Below, one piece after another: positions 1-13,666 of a DNA stretch of 64,000 bases. The notes below the pieces were generated by a model. That model ran no database searches. It saw nothing but the letters and a program-made list of their open reading frames with translations, and had not been told where the DNA came from. The position numbers and the translations under genes are program-made. How positions within the stretch are numbered: position 1 is the stretch's first letter; each line of letters starts with the position of its first letter. Source of the stretch: Pecten maximus (Eukaryota); the NCBI RefSeq assembly GCF_902652985.1, contig NC_047021.1, forward strand, positions 7,254,001 to 7,318,000, given 5' to 3'.

Positions 1-3000
1 TGGCCCTATAACTGACGTCCCCATGACTGGCCCTATAACTGACGTCCCCATGACTGGCCCCGTTACTGACGTCCTCATGACTGGCCCTATAACTGATGTC
101 CCCATGACTGGCCCTATAACTGACGTCCTCATGACTGGCCCCGTAACTGACGTCCCCATGACTGGCCCTATAACTGACGTCCCCATGACTGGCCCCGTAA
201 CTAACGTCATCATGACTGGCCCCGTAACTGACGTCCCCATGACTGGCCCCGTAACTAACGTCCCCATGACTGGCCCTATAACTGACGTCCTCATGACTGG
301 CCCTATAACTGACGTCCTCATGACTGGCCCCGTAACTGACGTCCCCATGGCTGACCCCGTAACTGACGTCCTCATGTCTGGCCCCGTAACTGACGTCCCC
401 ATGACTGGCCCCGTAACTGACGTCCCCATGACTGGCCCTATAACTGATGTCCCCATGACTGGTCTTATAACTGACGTCCTCATGACTGGCCCCGTAACTG
501 ACGTCCCCATGACTGGCCCTATAACTGACGTCCCCATGACTGGCCCCGTAACTAACGTCATCATGACTGGCCCCGTAACTGACGTCCCCATGACTGGCCC
601 TATAACTGACGTCCTCATGACTGGCCCTATAACTGACGTCCTCATGACTGGCCCCGTAACTGACGTCCCCATGACTGGCCCTCTAACTGACGTCCCCATG
701 ACTGGCCCCGTAACTAACGTCATCATGACTGGCCCCGTAACTGACGTCCCCATGACTGGCCCTATAACTGACGTCCTCATGACTGGCCCTATAACTGACG
801 TCCTCATGACTGGCCCTATAACTGATGTCCCCATGACTTGCCCTATAACTGACGTCCCCATGTCTGGCCCTATAACTGACGTCCCCATGACTGGCCCCGT
901 AACTAACGTCATCATGACTGGCCCCGTAACTGACGTCCCCATGTCTGGCCCCGTAACTAACGTCATCATGACTGGCCCCGTAACTGACGTCCTCATGACT
1001 GGCCCTATAACTGATGTCCCCATGACTGGCCCTATAACTAACGTCATCATGACTGGCCCTATAACTGACGTCCTCATGACTGGCCCCGTAACTGACGTCC
1101 TCATGACTGGCCCTATAACTGACGTCCCCATGTCTGGCCTCGTAACTGACGTCCTCATGACTAGCCCCGTAACTGACGTCCCCATGTCTGGCCCCGTAAC
1201 TGACGTCCTCATGACTGGCCCCGTAACTGACGTCCTCATGTCTGGCCCCGTAACTGACGTCCTCATGACTGGCCCCGTAACTAACGTCCCCATGACTGGC
1301 CCTATAACTGATGTCCCCATGACTGGCCCTATAACTGACGTCCTCATGACTGGCCCCGTAACTGACGTCCCCATGACTGGCCCTATAACTGACGTCCCCA
1401 TGACTGGCCCTATAACTGATGTCCCCATGACTGGCCCTATAACTGATGTCCCCATGACTTTCCCTATAACTGATGTCCCCATGTCTGGCCCCGTAACTGA
1501 CGTCCTCATGACTGGCCCCATAACTGATGTCCCCATGACTGGCCCCGTAACTGACGTCCCCATGACTGGCCCTATAACTGACGTCCTCATGACTGGCCCC
1601 GTAACTGACGTCCCCATGGCTGACCCCGTAACTGACGTCCTCATGACTGGCCCTATAACTGATGTCCCCATGACTGGCCCTATAACTGACGTCCTCATGA
1701 CTGGCCCCGTAACTGACGTCCTCATGACTGGTCCCGTAACTGACGTCCCCATGACTGGCCCCGTAACTGACGTCCCCATGACTGGCCCCGTAACTGACGT
1801 CCCCATGGCTGACCCCGTAACTGACGTCCTCATGACTGGCCCTATAACTGATGTCCCCGTGACTGGCCCTATAACTGACGTCCTCATGACTGGCCCCGTA
1901 ACTGACGTCCTCATGACTGGCCCCGTAACTGACGTCCTCATGACTGGTCCCGTAACTGACGTCCCCATGACTGGCCCCGTAACTGACGTCCCCATGACTG
2001 GCCCCGTAACTGACGTCCTCATGACTGGCCCCGTAACTGACGTCCTCATGACTGGCCCCGTAACTGACGTCCTCGTGACTGGCCCCGTAACTAACGTCCC
2101 CATGACTGGCCCTATAACTGATGTCCCCATGACTGGCCCTATAACTGACGTCCTGATGACTGGCCCTATAACTGACGTCCCCATGACTGGCCCCGTTACT
2201 GACGTCCTCATGACTGGCCCTATAACTGATGTCCCCATGACTGGCCCTATAACTGACGTCCTCATGACTGGCCCCGTAACTGACGTCCCCATGACTGGCC
2301 CTATAACTGACGTCCCCATGACTGGCCCCGTAACTAACGTCATCATGACTGGCCCCGTAACTGACGTCCCCATGACTGACCCCGTAACTAACGTCCCCAT
2401 GACTGGCCCTATAACTGACGTCCTCATGACTGGCCCTATAACTGACGTCCTCATGACTGGCCCTATAACTGACGTCCCCATGTCTGGCCCCGTAACTGAC
2501 GTCCTCATGACTGGCCCCGTAACTGACGTCCCCATGTCTGGCCCCGTAACTGACGTCCTCATGACTGGCCCCGTAACTGACGTCCTCATGTCTGGCCCCG
2601 TAACTGACGTCCCCATGACTGGCCCCGTAACTGACGTCCCCATGACTGGCCCTATAACTGATGTCCCCATGACTGGTCCTATAACTGACGTCCTCATGAC
2701 TGGCCCCGTAACTGACGTCCCCATGACTGGCCCTATAACTGACGTCCCCATGACTGGCCCCGTAACTAACGTCATCATGACTGGCCCCGTAACTGACGTC
2801 CCCATGACTGGCCCTATAACTGACGTCCTCATGACTGGCCCTATAACTGACGTCCTCATGACTGGCCCCGTAACTGACGTCCCCATGACTGGTCCTATAA
2901 CTGACGTCCTCATGACTGGCCCCGTAACTGACGTCCCCATGACTGGCCCTATAACTGACGTCCTCATGACTGGCCCTATAACTGACGTCCTCATGACTGG

Positions 3001-4121
3001 CCCTATAACTGATGTCCCCATGACTTGCCCTATAACTGACGTCCCCATGTCTGGCCCTATAACTGACGTCCCCATGACTGGCCCTATAACTGACGTCCTC
3101 ATGACTGGCCCCGTAACTGACGTCCCCATGACTGGCCCTATAACTAACGTCATCATGACTGGCCCTATAACTGACGTCCTCATGACTGGCCCTATAACTG
3201 ACGTCCTCATGACTGGCCCCGTAACTGACGTCCCCATGACTGGCCCTATAACTAACGTCATCATGACTGGCCCTATAACTGACGTCCTCATGACTGGCCC
3301 CGTAACTGACATCCCCATGACTGGCTCTATAACTAACGTCATCATGACTGGCCCTATAACTGACGTCCCCATGACTGGCCCTATAACTGACGTCCTCATG
3401 ACTGGCCCCGTAACTGACGTCCTCATGACTGGCCCCGTAACTGACGTCCCCATGACTGGCCCTATAACTGACGTCCCCATGACTGACCCCGTAACTGACG
3501 TCCTCATGACTGGCCCCGTAACTAACGTCCTCATGACTGGTCCCGTAACTGACGTCCCCATGACTGGCCGTATAACTAACGTCATCATGATTGGCCCTAT
3601 AATGACGTCCCCATGACTGGCTCTATAACTGACGTCCTCATGACTGGCCCCGTAACTGACGTCCCCATGACTGGCCCTATAACTGACGTCCTCATGACTG
3701 GCCCCGTAACTGACGTCCCCATGACTGGCTCTATAACTAACGTCATCATGACTGGCCCTATAACTGACGTCCCCATGACTGGCCCTATAACTGACGTCCT
3801 CATGACTGTCCCCGTAACTGACGTCCTCATGACTGGCCCCGTAACTGACGTCCCCGTGACTGGCCCCGTAACTGACGTCCCCATGACTGGCCCTATAACT
3901 GACGTCCCCATGACTGACCCCGTAACTGACGTCCTCATGACTGGCCCTATAACTGACGTCCCCATGACTGGCCCTATAACTGACGTCCTCATGACTGGCC
4001 CCGTAACTGACGTCCCCATGACTGGTCCCGTAGCTGACGTCCTCATGACTGGCCCCGTAACTGACGTCCCCATGACTGGCCCCGTAACTGACGTCCCCAT
4101 GACTGGCCCCGTATATAACTG
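1..4121. repeat. 27-bp minisatellite (consensus ATGACTGGCCC(CG/TA)TAACTGACGTCC(C/T)C), ~150 copies, truncated by window start
   Basis: Directly visible tandem array. The 1197-aa and 169-aa ORFs are translations of the 9-codon unit (MTGPI/VTDVP/L). A 2-bp deletion near 3603 shifts the frame. Confidence 0.97.
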
Positions 4122-4367
4122 ACATTATCATATAAGGTATGTAGTTAAGATATGTTAGTATTATTTTTCTACTGCGTCCAGCGAAATATAGGATTTAAAA
4201 TCTCGCCGGCATTTTTGTATCATGATTGAGAAATAAATAGTCTGTATTGGAATTTGAGAAGAGTACTCTTTCTAGCCCAATGACTTATATTAGGGAATTT
4301 ACAGATTGAGGTAAAACTCATGCGTCTGGGTTTACCCGACTGGGATAACCCTTGGTTGGAACTTCCT

Positions 4368-4495
4368 GGTATCTACATTGATGATGTATTGTCTTTAAAT
4401 AGCAATACTAGACTTTGTCTATCGAATGACCACAGAACTCGAAATCAAGGGCACACTACACAATCGTCCACACCAACCGCCTACCTCGATTATTC
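4368..4495 (+). mobile_element. Decayed reverse-transcriptase fragment, Penelope-like element type
   Basis: Translates to YIDDVLSLN, then across frameshifts ELEIK...TT.....AYLD. This matches the YIDD catalytic motif and downstream spacing I recall for invertebrate Penelope-like RTs. Confidence 0.6.
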
Positions 4496-4672
4496 AGCTT
4501 ACACCTTAGCTCCGTGGTAATCGTGATGATTTAACGAACGAAACTCGAGATTCCTTCCAAAAACGTTATCGGTGAAAGTGACCCATTGAAACAATACCTG
4601 TCGCACAGAATGCATTTTCGTTACCCCGGTCTATAGCTGTGATATAGTGTCTTCGAAAACTTCGCAGATTAT

Positions 4673-4890
4673 GTGTAACGATATGGACATCTGTGGTTAC
4701 CTACAGGCGTACATTATCACCATGACATGGTAAAGTGTAACGATATGGACATCTATGGTTACCTACAGGCGTACATTATCACCGTGACATGGTAAAGTGT
4801 AACGGTATGGACATCTGTGGTTACCTACAGGCGTACATTATCACCGTGACATGGTAAAGTGTAACGATATGGACATCTGTGGTTACCTAC
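4673..4890. repeat. 62-bp tandem repeat, ~3.5 copies
   Basis: Unit GTGTAACGATATGGACATCTGTGGTTACCTACAGGCGTACATTATCACC(A/G)TGACATGGTAAA repeats at 62-bp spacing. Confidence 0.95.
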
Positions 4891-5579
4891 TCGGTAGTCT
4901 GTATATAATAAATCTATAGTCACCATACTTTGTTGTTACTTTACGAATTATTTCACTTAGAAGTGTGTCAGAAACTGATAACGTATATACGTCTATTGTT
5001 TAAGGGCATGAGAATACATATCAACCACAGATTTACACTCAGCACACCAAGGAAATCAGTCGTTCGCGAGAACGTAAATGTTTGCAGTAACACTGTACCA
5101 TACTGGATATTTCAAACCACAGGTACTTGTGGACATGATTAAGATGTTTTTTAATCTAAATGTTACATTATAGCATGCTTAATTTGTAAAAACATGTATC
5201 ATACCTTGGCTTTGTATCTATAATGTAACATCTAAGTTAAAAAAAAACATAATCATGTTCACAAAGTACCTGTGCTTCAAACATTATCGCGAGGGGCTGT
5301 GGGAAAAGTAAAACTACAGTTATATTGTGACATAAGGGTTATATAGGGCTGTATATTTCGGAGGAACAGTAAAAATCCAGAGTACTTGACCCACTGTCTA
5401 AGTGTACGCTACATCAGTGTATTCAGCTTATCAGACAACAAATAAAAAAAAAAAAAAAAAAAAAGGTTCGTTTGATGTAAATCTTGTTGTGACCGTCTTG
5501 TAAAGTTATAGTTTGTAAATACTCAACCGTCGTAGACAAACAGGTTGCACAACTGGTGGTTGTTGGATATGGCATTTAT

Positions 5580-6016
5580 TTCGCTCTCGTTGGCTATGAG
5601 CTTATGCCATGGTGCAGCTTCCGTCGTCCGTCTGTCCGGCGTCCTTGACATTTCCTTTAAAATCCTACTAGTCCTGAATGCCTGAATGGTTTTTGATGAA
5701 ATTTGTTCTGGAGCAATATTTGGCAAAGGAGATATAATGTTATTTAAACGGAGGGTGTTGCTCCCCTGAGGCCAAAGAAGCTGGCCCAATAGAGATTTGG
5801 GAACAAAAAAAGAAATTGTGGCAAAAAAAACCCATTAAAAATCCTTTTTTTTTTCAAGAACGACAGGATTTGGTCCACGTGTAGTTTGAACCATTATTGG
5901 GAGAGGTAGTTCGAAAGCAGGAAAATATTTGAAATATCACTTGAATTAAATTGGAGTATTTTGCCATAATTCCCGGAATATCCAAATGACCGATTCAGAC
6001 CCTCTGGACTTCTTGT
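5580..6016 (-). mobile_element. HINE/pearl-like non-autonomous element, diverged
   Basis: The minus strand starts ACAAGAAGTCCAGAGGGTCTGAATCGGTCAT and ends with a GACGGACGACGG microsatellite plus GCCATGG...AAGCTCA, like the copies at 38350, 43192 and 51139. Confidence 0.55.
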
Positions 6017-7189
6017 TAAAATTCAGTTGTTACACACATTTTCATTGGTTTGAAAATTAAGATTATTTCCGCTTAGACCATTTTTTTATGACGTTATAAT
6101 TTTATATCATTTGTTATATACATTTTATTGGTTTAAAAATTAATGCTATTTCCTCATAGACCAAAACAATGTACGTCGTTTCCGCATAGACCAAAACAAT
6201 GTACATCGGTTTTTTATGACATAATAATTTGATTTCATTTGTTACATACATTTTCATTCGTTTGAAAAATCAAGGTTATTCCCGCATAGACCAAAAAAAT
6301 GTACATTGTTGTTTTTTTATGACGTAATACACATATAACTACTTTTTCGTCTGCTGTACAATCAGTCATGGCGTTCAACGTTGAAACCCTGTAGATATTT
6401 TGGGAATTGAGATTATCATGAAAACATGGGAGTTGCTGAGCTCAAGGACATTTTGTATTTTTTGAAACGTCGCCGGACGAAGTATCATAAAAAAAGCCAA
6501 ACAAGAAATGAGCGACCAATCACAAAGCAGGCCAAAGAAAAGAAAAATGAATTAAAAAAGCAATTGAGGACTATTAATTTCAAATTAATACATTTTTTTT
6601 CGGTCGACAAACATAACATAACACAAAACCATAATTGACAATGACGACAAAATTAAGATTGGTACTTAACTTCACCAGAATTTAAATCCAGTTATCCTTA
6701 GACTAAGGGCGTCGTATGACGAATACACTTTGTCACCGTGGATTATATTTCCACTCACAATTAAACTCCAGGATCTTTCAATTTTCACACTGATGTTGAC
6801 AACCAGGAATAGGGCTTAAAGAAACCAAACAAAAGAATTGCCAGGGCGGTCTCGTTAGATGACAAAAGAAATCCGTTGCCCTGTGCAGCCGTTAAAACTT
6901 TTTCTGCGAAAATCTTCTTCTGGCGCAAAACAATTTTTCAACCACTGTGATAAAGATGCTATGAAATTTCCAGAATCGTTTGACCACCATTCCTTCAATA
7001 CATCACAAATTGAGCAACTTTTTACATATTCTGAACATTTTTTTTAACAGCGGTAGCTCAATCCTTTTAACAGATCCAAGATTAGGAAATATCGCATTGT
7101 TTCACAAACCTATAAACGTCTTTACAGGAACTGAAATGCACCTGTTAAACCCTTTCAGTTCTCAAATTTTTCGATGACGTACACCGCCC

Positions 7190-10100
7190 TTTGTTTACGG
7201 ACCATTGAAATGTTCACTTGTTAAACTCATGTTGTCTGGAGCCTTCTTAGTATTAAGTTTGGCGATAGCTTTTTGAATCTCAGCTACTCTGACGGGAGAT
7301 ATCTTGTTATCCTTATCGCTGAGGATGCAAATGATTGTGTTGATTTCGTCGGACATTTCTTTGTTGAAGGTTGAAGCGGTGATCTTCTTTCGGTGTAACA
7401 AGCCTGTTGAAGTATTTGGTCTAGCAATAGAACAATAGTCCCCAGTCGAATCCATAATCCTGTTGGCCCATTCTCTCCTTTTGCTAGCTGACAATTGCCT
7501 TTGAAGTTTCTGTAATTCTTATTAGGCATACTTCATTTCCACGTAATTTCGGTTGTTTAAATCTCGTGGTTTACCAGCAATTTTCAATTTTACATTGCGA
7601 GTTTGTTTTTTTGTGTTTTTTGTGTTTTTTGTTTTTTGTTTTTTTTTGGCTTTTTATTTACTCGTTCCATGGCTTACCTAAGTTTTCCTTCCGAGCCACA
7701 TGTTTATAGTTGGGGGTACCTCTGCTTGTAGCCCTAGTTAGAGTTCTTCCTGGGTGTTGTATAGCAGATATCGTTTCAAGTTCATTAGCTGGTGATTCTA
7801 AGGGTTGTAGGTTTTTGGCGATATAGGATTTAAAGGGTTCCTTGTCACATTTCCCCAAGTTTGTTTTGATGTGGACAGCTGTCTCTCTTTGAACTTTGTC
7901 GATTTGTAGTCTTACTTCTAGTAGTACTGGTACATGCCTATGATCATTGTGGTTGACCGAGCTTTCCTCGAGAACTATACACCTGGATATACTATGTTCT
8001 GCTTTCTTGTTGGATAAGAAGTAATCTGTTTCTGCCTGGTCCTTGTAGTTCCCTTTTGTAGAGTTCGTAATTCCCCTTCCTCGTAGAACTCGGTAAGGAT
8101 TCTGTCTCTGGAATTGTTTGGGCGCAGTTGTAATGAGGCGTTTAGATCACCGCATAATATGATTGCATGATAATCGAACTTGTTAATTATTTCCTCTATT
8201 ATTTGTATCCTTGTATTCACTGTCGGAGAATTTCTCTCTGGGGGGCATGTACACATTTATTATACAGATAGGTGGGAATTAATCGAGTTCTAACACTGAT
8301 CCTCTCATTACCATATGGGTTATGATTATAGTTAGCATTCAATTGATTATTATGTAGTATTGAAAAACCTCCATAACCTCTGGGTATTTGTAGGGGTGAC
8401 ATTGGGTCTTTTGAGTCAGCAAATTTGGCATGGAAGTGATGAAGATCTGTTTAAAGTAGGCTATATTGGAACTGGAAGAGCTAGTTTTCTTGGATGTTCA
8501 GACTGTCTGTGGACTTAAGTAGGTGATCTATAGATAAACAGGACTGCTCGGTACATTTTTGATTTTGAAAGTTCCTAGTATAATAGATCTTGGTTCCGCC
8601 GCCATTCGCGGTTTGCAGCACGGCCCTACAATAAAAACTGTTGGTATAGATCTTTCATCATTTGTGTCGGGAATACCGGTAAATTCATTTGCTTTATCTA
8701 TAAACTTGACTTTCTTTGGCGGTATAAGCGGATCTGGATGGTTATGGTTACATCGAGGAGGGAGTGGATGCATAAGTCGTTCCATGTTCGTGATCATTGT
8801 CCGTAGTTGCAGTTGTTCTAACTCCAGTTGGTGTAGCTACCTCTGTAGGTGTACAATAGGGCTTGATGGTTATAGCTTCCATGAGACGCTATACTATCAT
8901 GTGCGCAGGGTTGTTGTGACTGCGTAGGTGGGGGCCGGGTTACTATGACTTCCTTGTAAGTTGATTTTCGTACGGAGAAGGCGATTACTTTTCTCAATGT
9001 CAATCACTTTTGTTTCCAACTTTGCGATAAAAGATTAAGTATTTAAGATTGTTTTATTTCGTTATCTATGGTTTTAGTTTCAGTTCCTGCTTTGTTCGTC
9101 TCCTAGCTGTATCATCTGGTTTTGAAGATGGTCCTGTAAGAGGTACAAAGGCTAAGATTGGTGACGAGCTTACAGTGTTTATGTTTTGTTTCTCAATAAC
9201 GACAGTTTTTTTGTTTTTTGTTTTGCCTCAGTTGGATTTGGAATACCACAGTTGTGCTTGGCATTGATCTGTAGGGTATCAATGGTATACTGTTTCTCGG
9301 TTGTGACGGGTTTCAGTTCCTGTACTTCATCACCCCATTAAGATCCGTAGGACTGGTATATGAGTATTGTAGGAACTCCGACCTCACAGTTAGGAGTTTA
9401 CATGATAAGAAACTGTATGCGTCATCTCATTCTTCATAAAATTCTGGAAATTAAAAGTGATACCAGTGCTGGCAGATGCCACCTATGCCTTTGGTAGCAT
9501 TAAGATTACAATGGAAATATATATTTAGGTCAGCAGGTTTGGTGTTGCCCGATGTGACAACTTGGTGTTTGATGACTAGGGTATCAGTTAATATCATGTC
9601 ATTGGGGGTATCCCTTGATACATCTTCGCTAGCCAAGGCTTCTGATTACGTTACACTACACGAACCCTTGGCGGATATAGGCGTCAGTTCTGGCCCTCTA
9701 GCGGAGATTCAAAATTACCACTCTTTACGCATGACATTTTCGACCAATCAAAACGAGCGTTACCGATTTACTTCATCTGAGATGTTTACAAACACACATG
9801 GAGGCTTGTGTCATTTTGATGAGATATGTGATCAATGACTTAAATAGTTTGATCAAACACTGCGAATGTTTCCCTAAAGATAGTTCGTCTCTGTATATAG
9901 GTAAAATGGCATGACATAGTCGACATTGTAGCTCTGTACTGGGTGCCGCAATTTTTGTTTACTGCGAAACCAAGCCTGAACGTAAAACGCGATTTGATTG
10001 GGTGCCCTGGGATTCCAGGGCGCGACGGGTTGAACACGACTATATCCGCCAAGGGTTCGTGTAGTGTAACGTAGACAGAAGCCTTGGCTAGCGAAGATGC

Positions 10101-10510
10101 CCTTGATAGTATTCCATCGCATATCCTGGTCTGCTCATCTGGTTTATCTATACTTACTTTCAGACACCTGTCAATGAGGGCAGAAAACTGTTGAGCTTCG
10201 ACATGTTTGGATGTTTTTCTTATTGCATCTTCGATATCAGGAAGACTGTCATCTTGAAATTGATATGTTTCTACCATTGATTAGGAGGGAACAGTGAGTG
10301 TGATACAAGTTGATGGTGAATTCGTGACCTTTTCCTTCTGTATCGGAATGTTTAAATCTGTTATGGGTTTTGATAATCATTTCGGGCGAGCTACCAATCT
10401 TGTCGCTAACGATTTCACAGGAGAAGAAGATCGCAAAATGTTCCGTTAGTTGTTGATCTTTAGTAGCACTAAGTAATTCGTCTTTAGGAGTTCATAGCAG
10501 CCTGTGCTAC
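7190..10510 (-). mobile_element. Decayed non-LTR retrotransposon (LINE; ORF1 with Cys/His cluster, APE endonuclease, pre-RT linker), 3'-truncated
   Basis: Broken ORFs carry APE motifs (RGYGGFSIL, NERI, IILCGDLNAS) and the pre-RT motif EIQKAIAKLNTKKAPD. There is a PHD-like remnant GICQHWYHF upstream. Many stops and frameshifts; the RT core is missing. Confidence 0.8.
9621..10099. mobile_element. MITE (479 bp) inserted in LINE ORF1
   Basis: ~60-bp near-perfect TIRs (CATCTTCGCTAGCCAAGGCTTCTG... / ...CAGAAGCCTTGGCTAGCGAAGATG). Perfect 9-bp TSD CCCTTGATA at 9612-9620 and 10100-10108. Confidence 0.93.
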
Positions 10511-10758
10511 ATCCGATTTTGAGTTGAGGTCCGTTATCCTTTGAAACAGTTATCCTTTTTCTTATGACGAGCGTCTGTTAAATTTAGAATAAAGTCTTTT
10601 CTCAGGAGAAATCGCAGGGACATGGGTGCTTGACTGTCAATAATGGGCGCCGCTATCTTAGATTCAAGTAATCAAATAAATGAATAAGATTGCGATTATC
10701 TTATTAGTGTTGTGTTGAGTTATTTAACTTAAGCTATAAGCATTATTCTTAATTTTTC

Positions 10759-10855
10759 TTAGGTTTATGAAGTCATAGACAAAAAAAAAAACGGATTGGT
10801 ATCCCGACTATGAATAATGCCCATCCGTTTTTTTGTTTATGACTTCATAACCTAA
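10759..10855. repeat. Inverted repeat/hairpin (~35-bp arms, ~26-nt spacer)
   Basis: TTAGGTTTATGAAGTCATAGACA(A)nCGGAT versus ATCCG(T)nGTTTATGACTTCATAACCTAA. Confidence 0.85.
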
Positions 10856-12788
10856 CAACAAAAGAGAGAGAAAAAAACTCTTAAAACGTTACAAAAGACA
10901 CAAGAAACATAACCAACGACAATGAAAAATACCATATTTAACGACCACGAGTCGTGCGACCAGTTTTTTACAACGATAATATGAGTCGACAGCGGCGGAA
11001 TTGTGACCTGGTTTGGATACTCATGTATATGCAAATAAGGCGTAGTGATATTGATATCAATATGGAAATAAAAAAGTTACTAATTAAAAATTCATTATTA
11101 GTCATGATCTAGTTATATGCCAAATCCAATGTAGTTAGACCGTCTTTCAAACTGGCATGCCCACAGTTCTTCAATCCATGAACTTGATAACCGCGGAGTA
11201 TATGCACGTATATAGTATGCATGCTTCCCGCCAAAAAGGTCGACTAACCATTATCACTACTGGAGTACAAGACCCTTGGTCTGGAGCGTTTCTGTGAGAC
11301 GAACGTGCTATTAATGTTAGTGGAATATAGCAGCCTTTTTTTATGAGAAATCCAACACCAATATGATAAACAATTAACCTCTTTATATGACACCAGTTTT
11401 CCAAAGATTGGTTTTCTAAAGTATAGTTAGCTGCGGGTATTTCTGGATAGGCGATTGGGTACCGTAGATCGTAAGTTCGAGGCCTGGTCAAGGCGCGAGT
11501 CATAAAGTTGTCTTCCTTTGTCAACTGTGTTACTATGTTATATATATAGTAAGCTGCGGGTATTTCTGGCTTGGGTAGATCGTAAGTTCGAGGCCCGGTT
11601 AGGGCACGAGTCATAAAGTTGTCCGAAGATAAAGATTTGAATTTTCTGCTACCCAGGTATTCATATCATCTAATAGACGACTTCCACTATGATCATGTCA
11701 GGATATCGGGTCGACCATCACTGCGCCATTGAAACGTTCTTTTTTCAAGAACGCTGATGTGGCGCCGGGGTATACCGGATTCCGGTCAGGGTACGAGTCA
11801 TAAAGTTGTCTTACTTCGTCAACTCTGTTACTATGTTATATATACATATATATAATTAAAAAAAAACTATATATGGTTACCTTTCCACAGGCCTAGGCCC
11901 GTACCAGACCGCCAGGTCCACGGCTTACATACCCGGAAGTCGCGAGACAAGACCTCTTAGTCGTCAGCCAACCAATCATCATCACGTAAGCCTAGCTGTT
12001 TATCTTTTTGTTTCCATTTTTATTCGCAACAGCTAATGCCACATAATGATGACTGTATATGTTAACAGGTATCTAGGTTATGGCGGTAAACGCTTGCCAA
12101 CTCTTCAATGTGGTTCGAGTTGGTATGACCAGCACAAAAGCAGAGCCCTCTGCATGATTGATCAGGCTACCAGGAAACTGGAATATTAGTGCAATATGCC
12201 AATCTCAAATAATATAACTGTGACATTTTTCCATCATTATATTACTACTGAGCTATTTATAGCAACATGTGTTACATATTTATGTATTCAATTATTATTT
12301 AAACTTAACATGTTGTATTTCTATTTTACTATTGATACCAATATTGTGATGATGTTGTAATATGTACATTTTACTTGACCATATGTCAGACGATTCTCGT
12401 TGACTCAATATATCATCAAGAATGAATAAAGTCTTTTATGAAGTGATACTTTCACCAGTATTCGCCACATGTGATTATTTCTGTAATCGAGTAATTTTCT
12501 TCTTCATTGATTTTTCTATTAAACATGTACTGTCTGATGCTATGCTGTTAACAACACACCCGGAGTCTTAATTTTGTATATAAATATATATATATATAGT
12601 CATCCTTGTAGATTCTTACTGATGATAAAGGCCAAAAGAGTGAAAATCAGAAATAGCAATTGTTGAAAACATGAGAATATCAGAGAAGAAAATTACTACA
12701 TAACTTAATCTATTTTGATAATTTCATATATCGCATTTTAAATTAAATTGAGCTGCAGTTGTATTCATGATATTTATTTTTTCGCGGC

Positions 12789-13666
12789 ATGTTTCAGGCA
12801 AGAATTGTAAGTGAAGGCGCCGGTGCTTCTGGTGCACATCGTGCGCCTACTGTTGTCCAACAGGATGTGTCTTCCCAAATGAATAATGTGCTGTCGGAAT
12901 TTTGTCAAAAGATGACGGAAAATTTTGCCGCCCAGTTGGAGAAAGAACGTCGCCATTATCAGGAAGACATGGATAAACGTATGGAAGAGAGGTTTTCTGT
13001 GTTCCAGAAAGACTGGAGTGATCAAAAAGACGAACTGCTTCAGAGAAATGAAGAAGCTATCAACCATTTACAAGAGTGTGTGGACAAACTACACCAGTCC
13101 AACCTCGAGTACCAACATCTGAGGGAGAAATACGAAAAGTTGAAAAACATTGCAACGCGATATACGAGACAAGGAGAATGAACGATGGCAAAAGCTTACA
13201 CAGTCGAACATGGACAATGTGGGTTTACGCAAGGAAAATGACGAATTGCGTCGCAGAATATCTGGTCTCCAAGACCAGGTTCTGGATTTAAATGGCGAAG
13301 TTCGAGTTGCCAAGGACAATGAGCATCAAGATAGAACGGAAATTGAACGACTTACTGCAGAGAATACAAGATTGGAACGTGAGTTGGACGGAAAAAAAAA
13401 GAGAAGCAGAAAAAATCAAACGAGAAGCAGAGGACATGTATTCCAAAATTCAGACGGATATGCTGTCCCAGAGGAAGACATCCAGCCCAGAGGAAACTGA
13501 ATACAAACAGGCACTGGAGAGGCAAAACACAAAGCTGGATGCAATATTTGCCGTCATGGATGACCTGAAATCTCAAGAAAAGGCATCACAGAAGGTCATA
13601 GTGCCCCGTACAGTGACAATTGGTGGGAATATGCATCAGCGTGGCCAGAAGACAACAAAGAAGTAA
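12789..13666 (+). pseudogene. Coiled-coil protein coding exon (~290 aa if repaired) interrupted by two +1 frameshifts; pseudogene or assembly error
   Basis: Three overlapping E/K/Q/R-rich ORFs in successive frames (12789-13181, 13150-13500, 13292-13666). Removing one A from each A-run (~13143-13148 and 13392-13400) gives one continuous ORF. A candidate acceptor TTTCAG lies near 12797. Confidence 0.6.

Noticed and set aside
23-4122. 1197-aa and 169-aa mucin-like ORFs as a protein gene
   Set aside because: They are translations of a stop-free 27-bp unit, open on both strands, frameshifted at ~3603 and without unique flanking coding sequence. Not fully excluded because the array start is outside the window.
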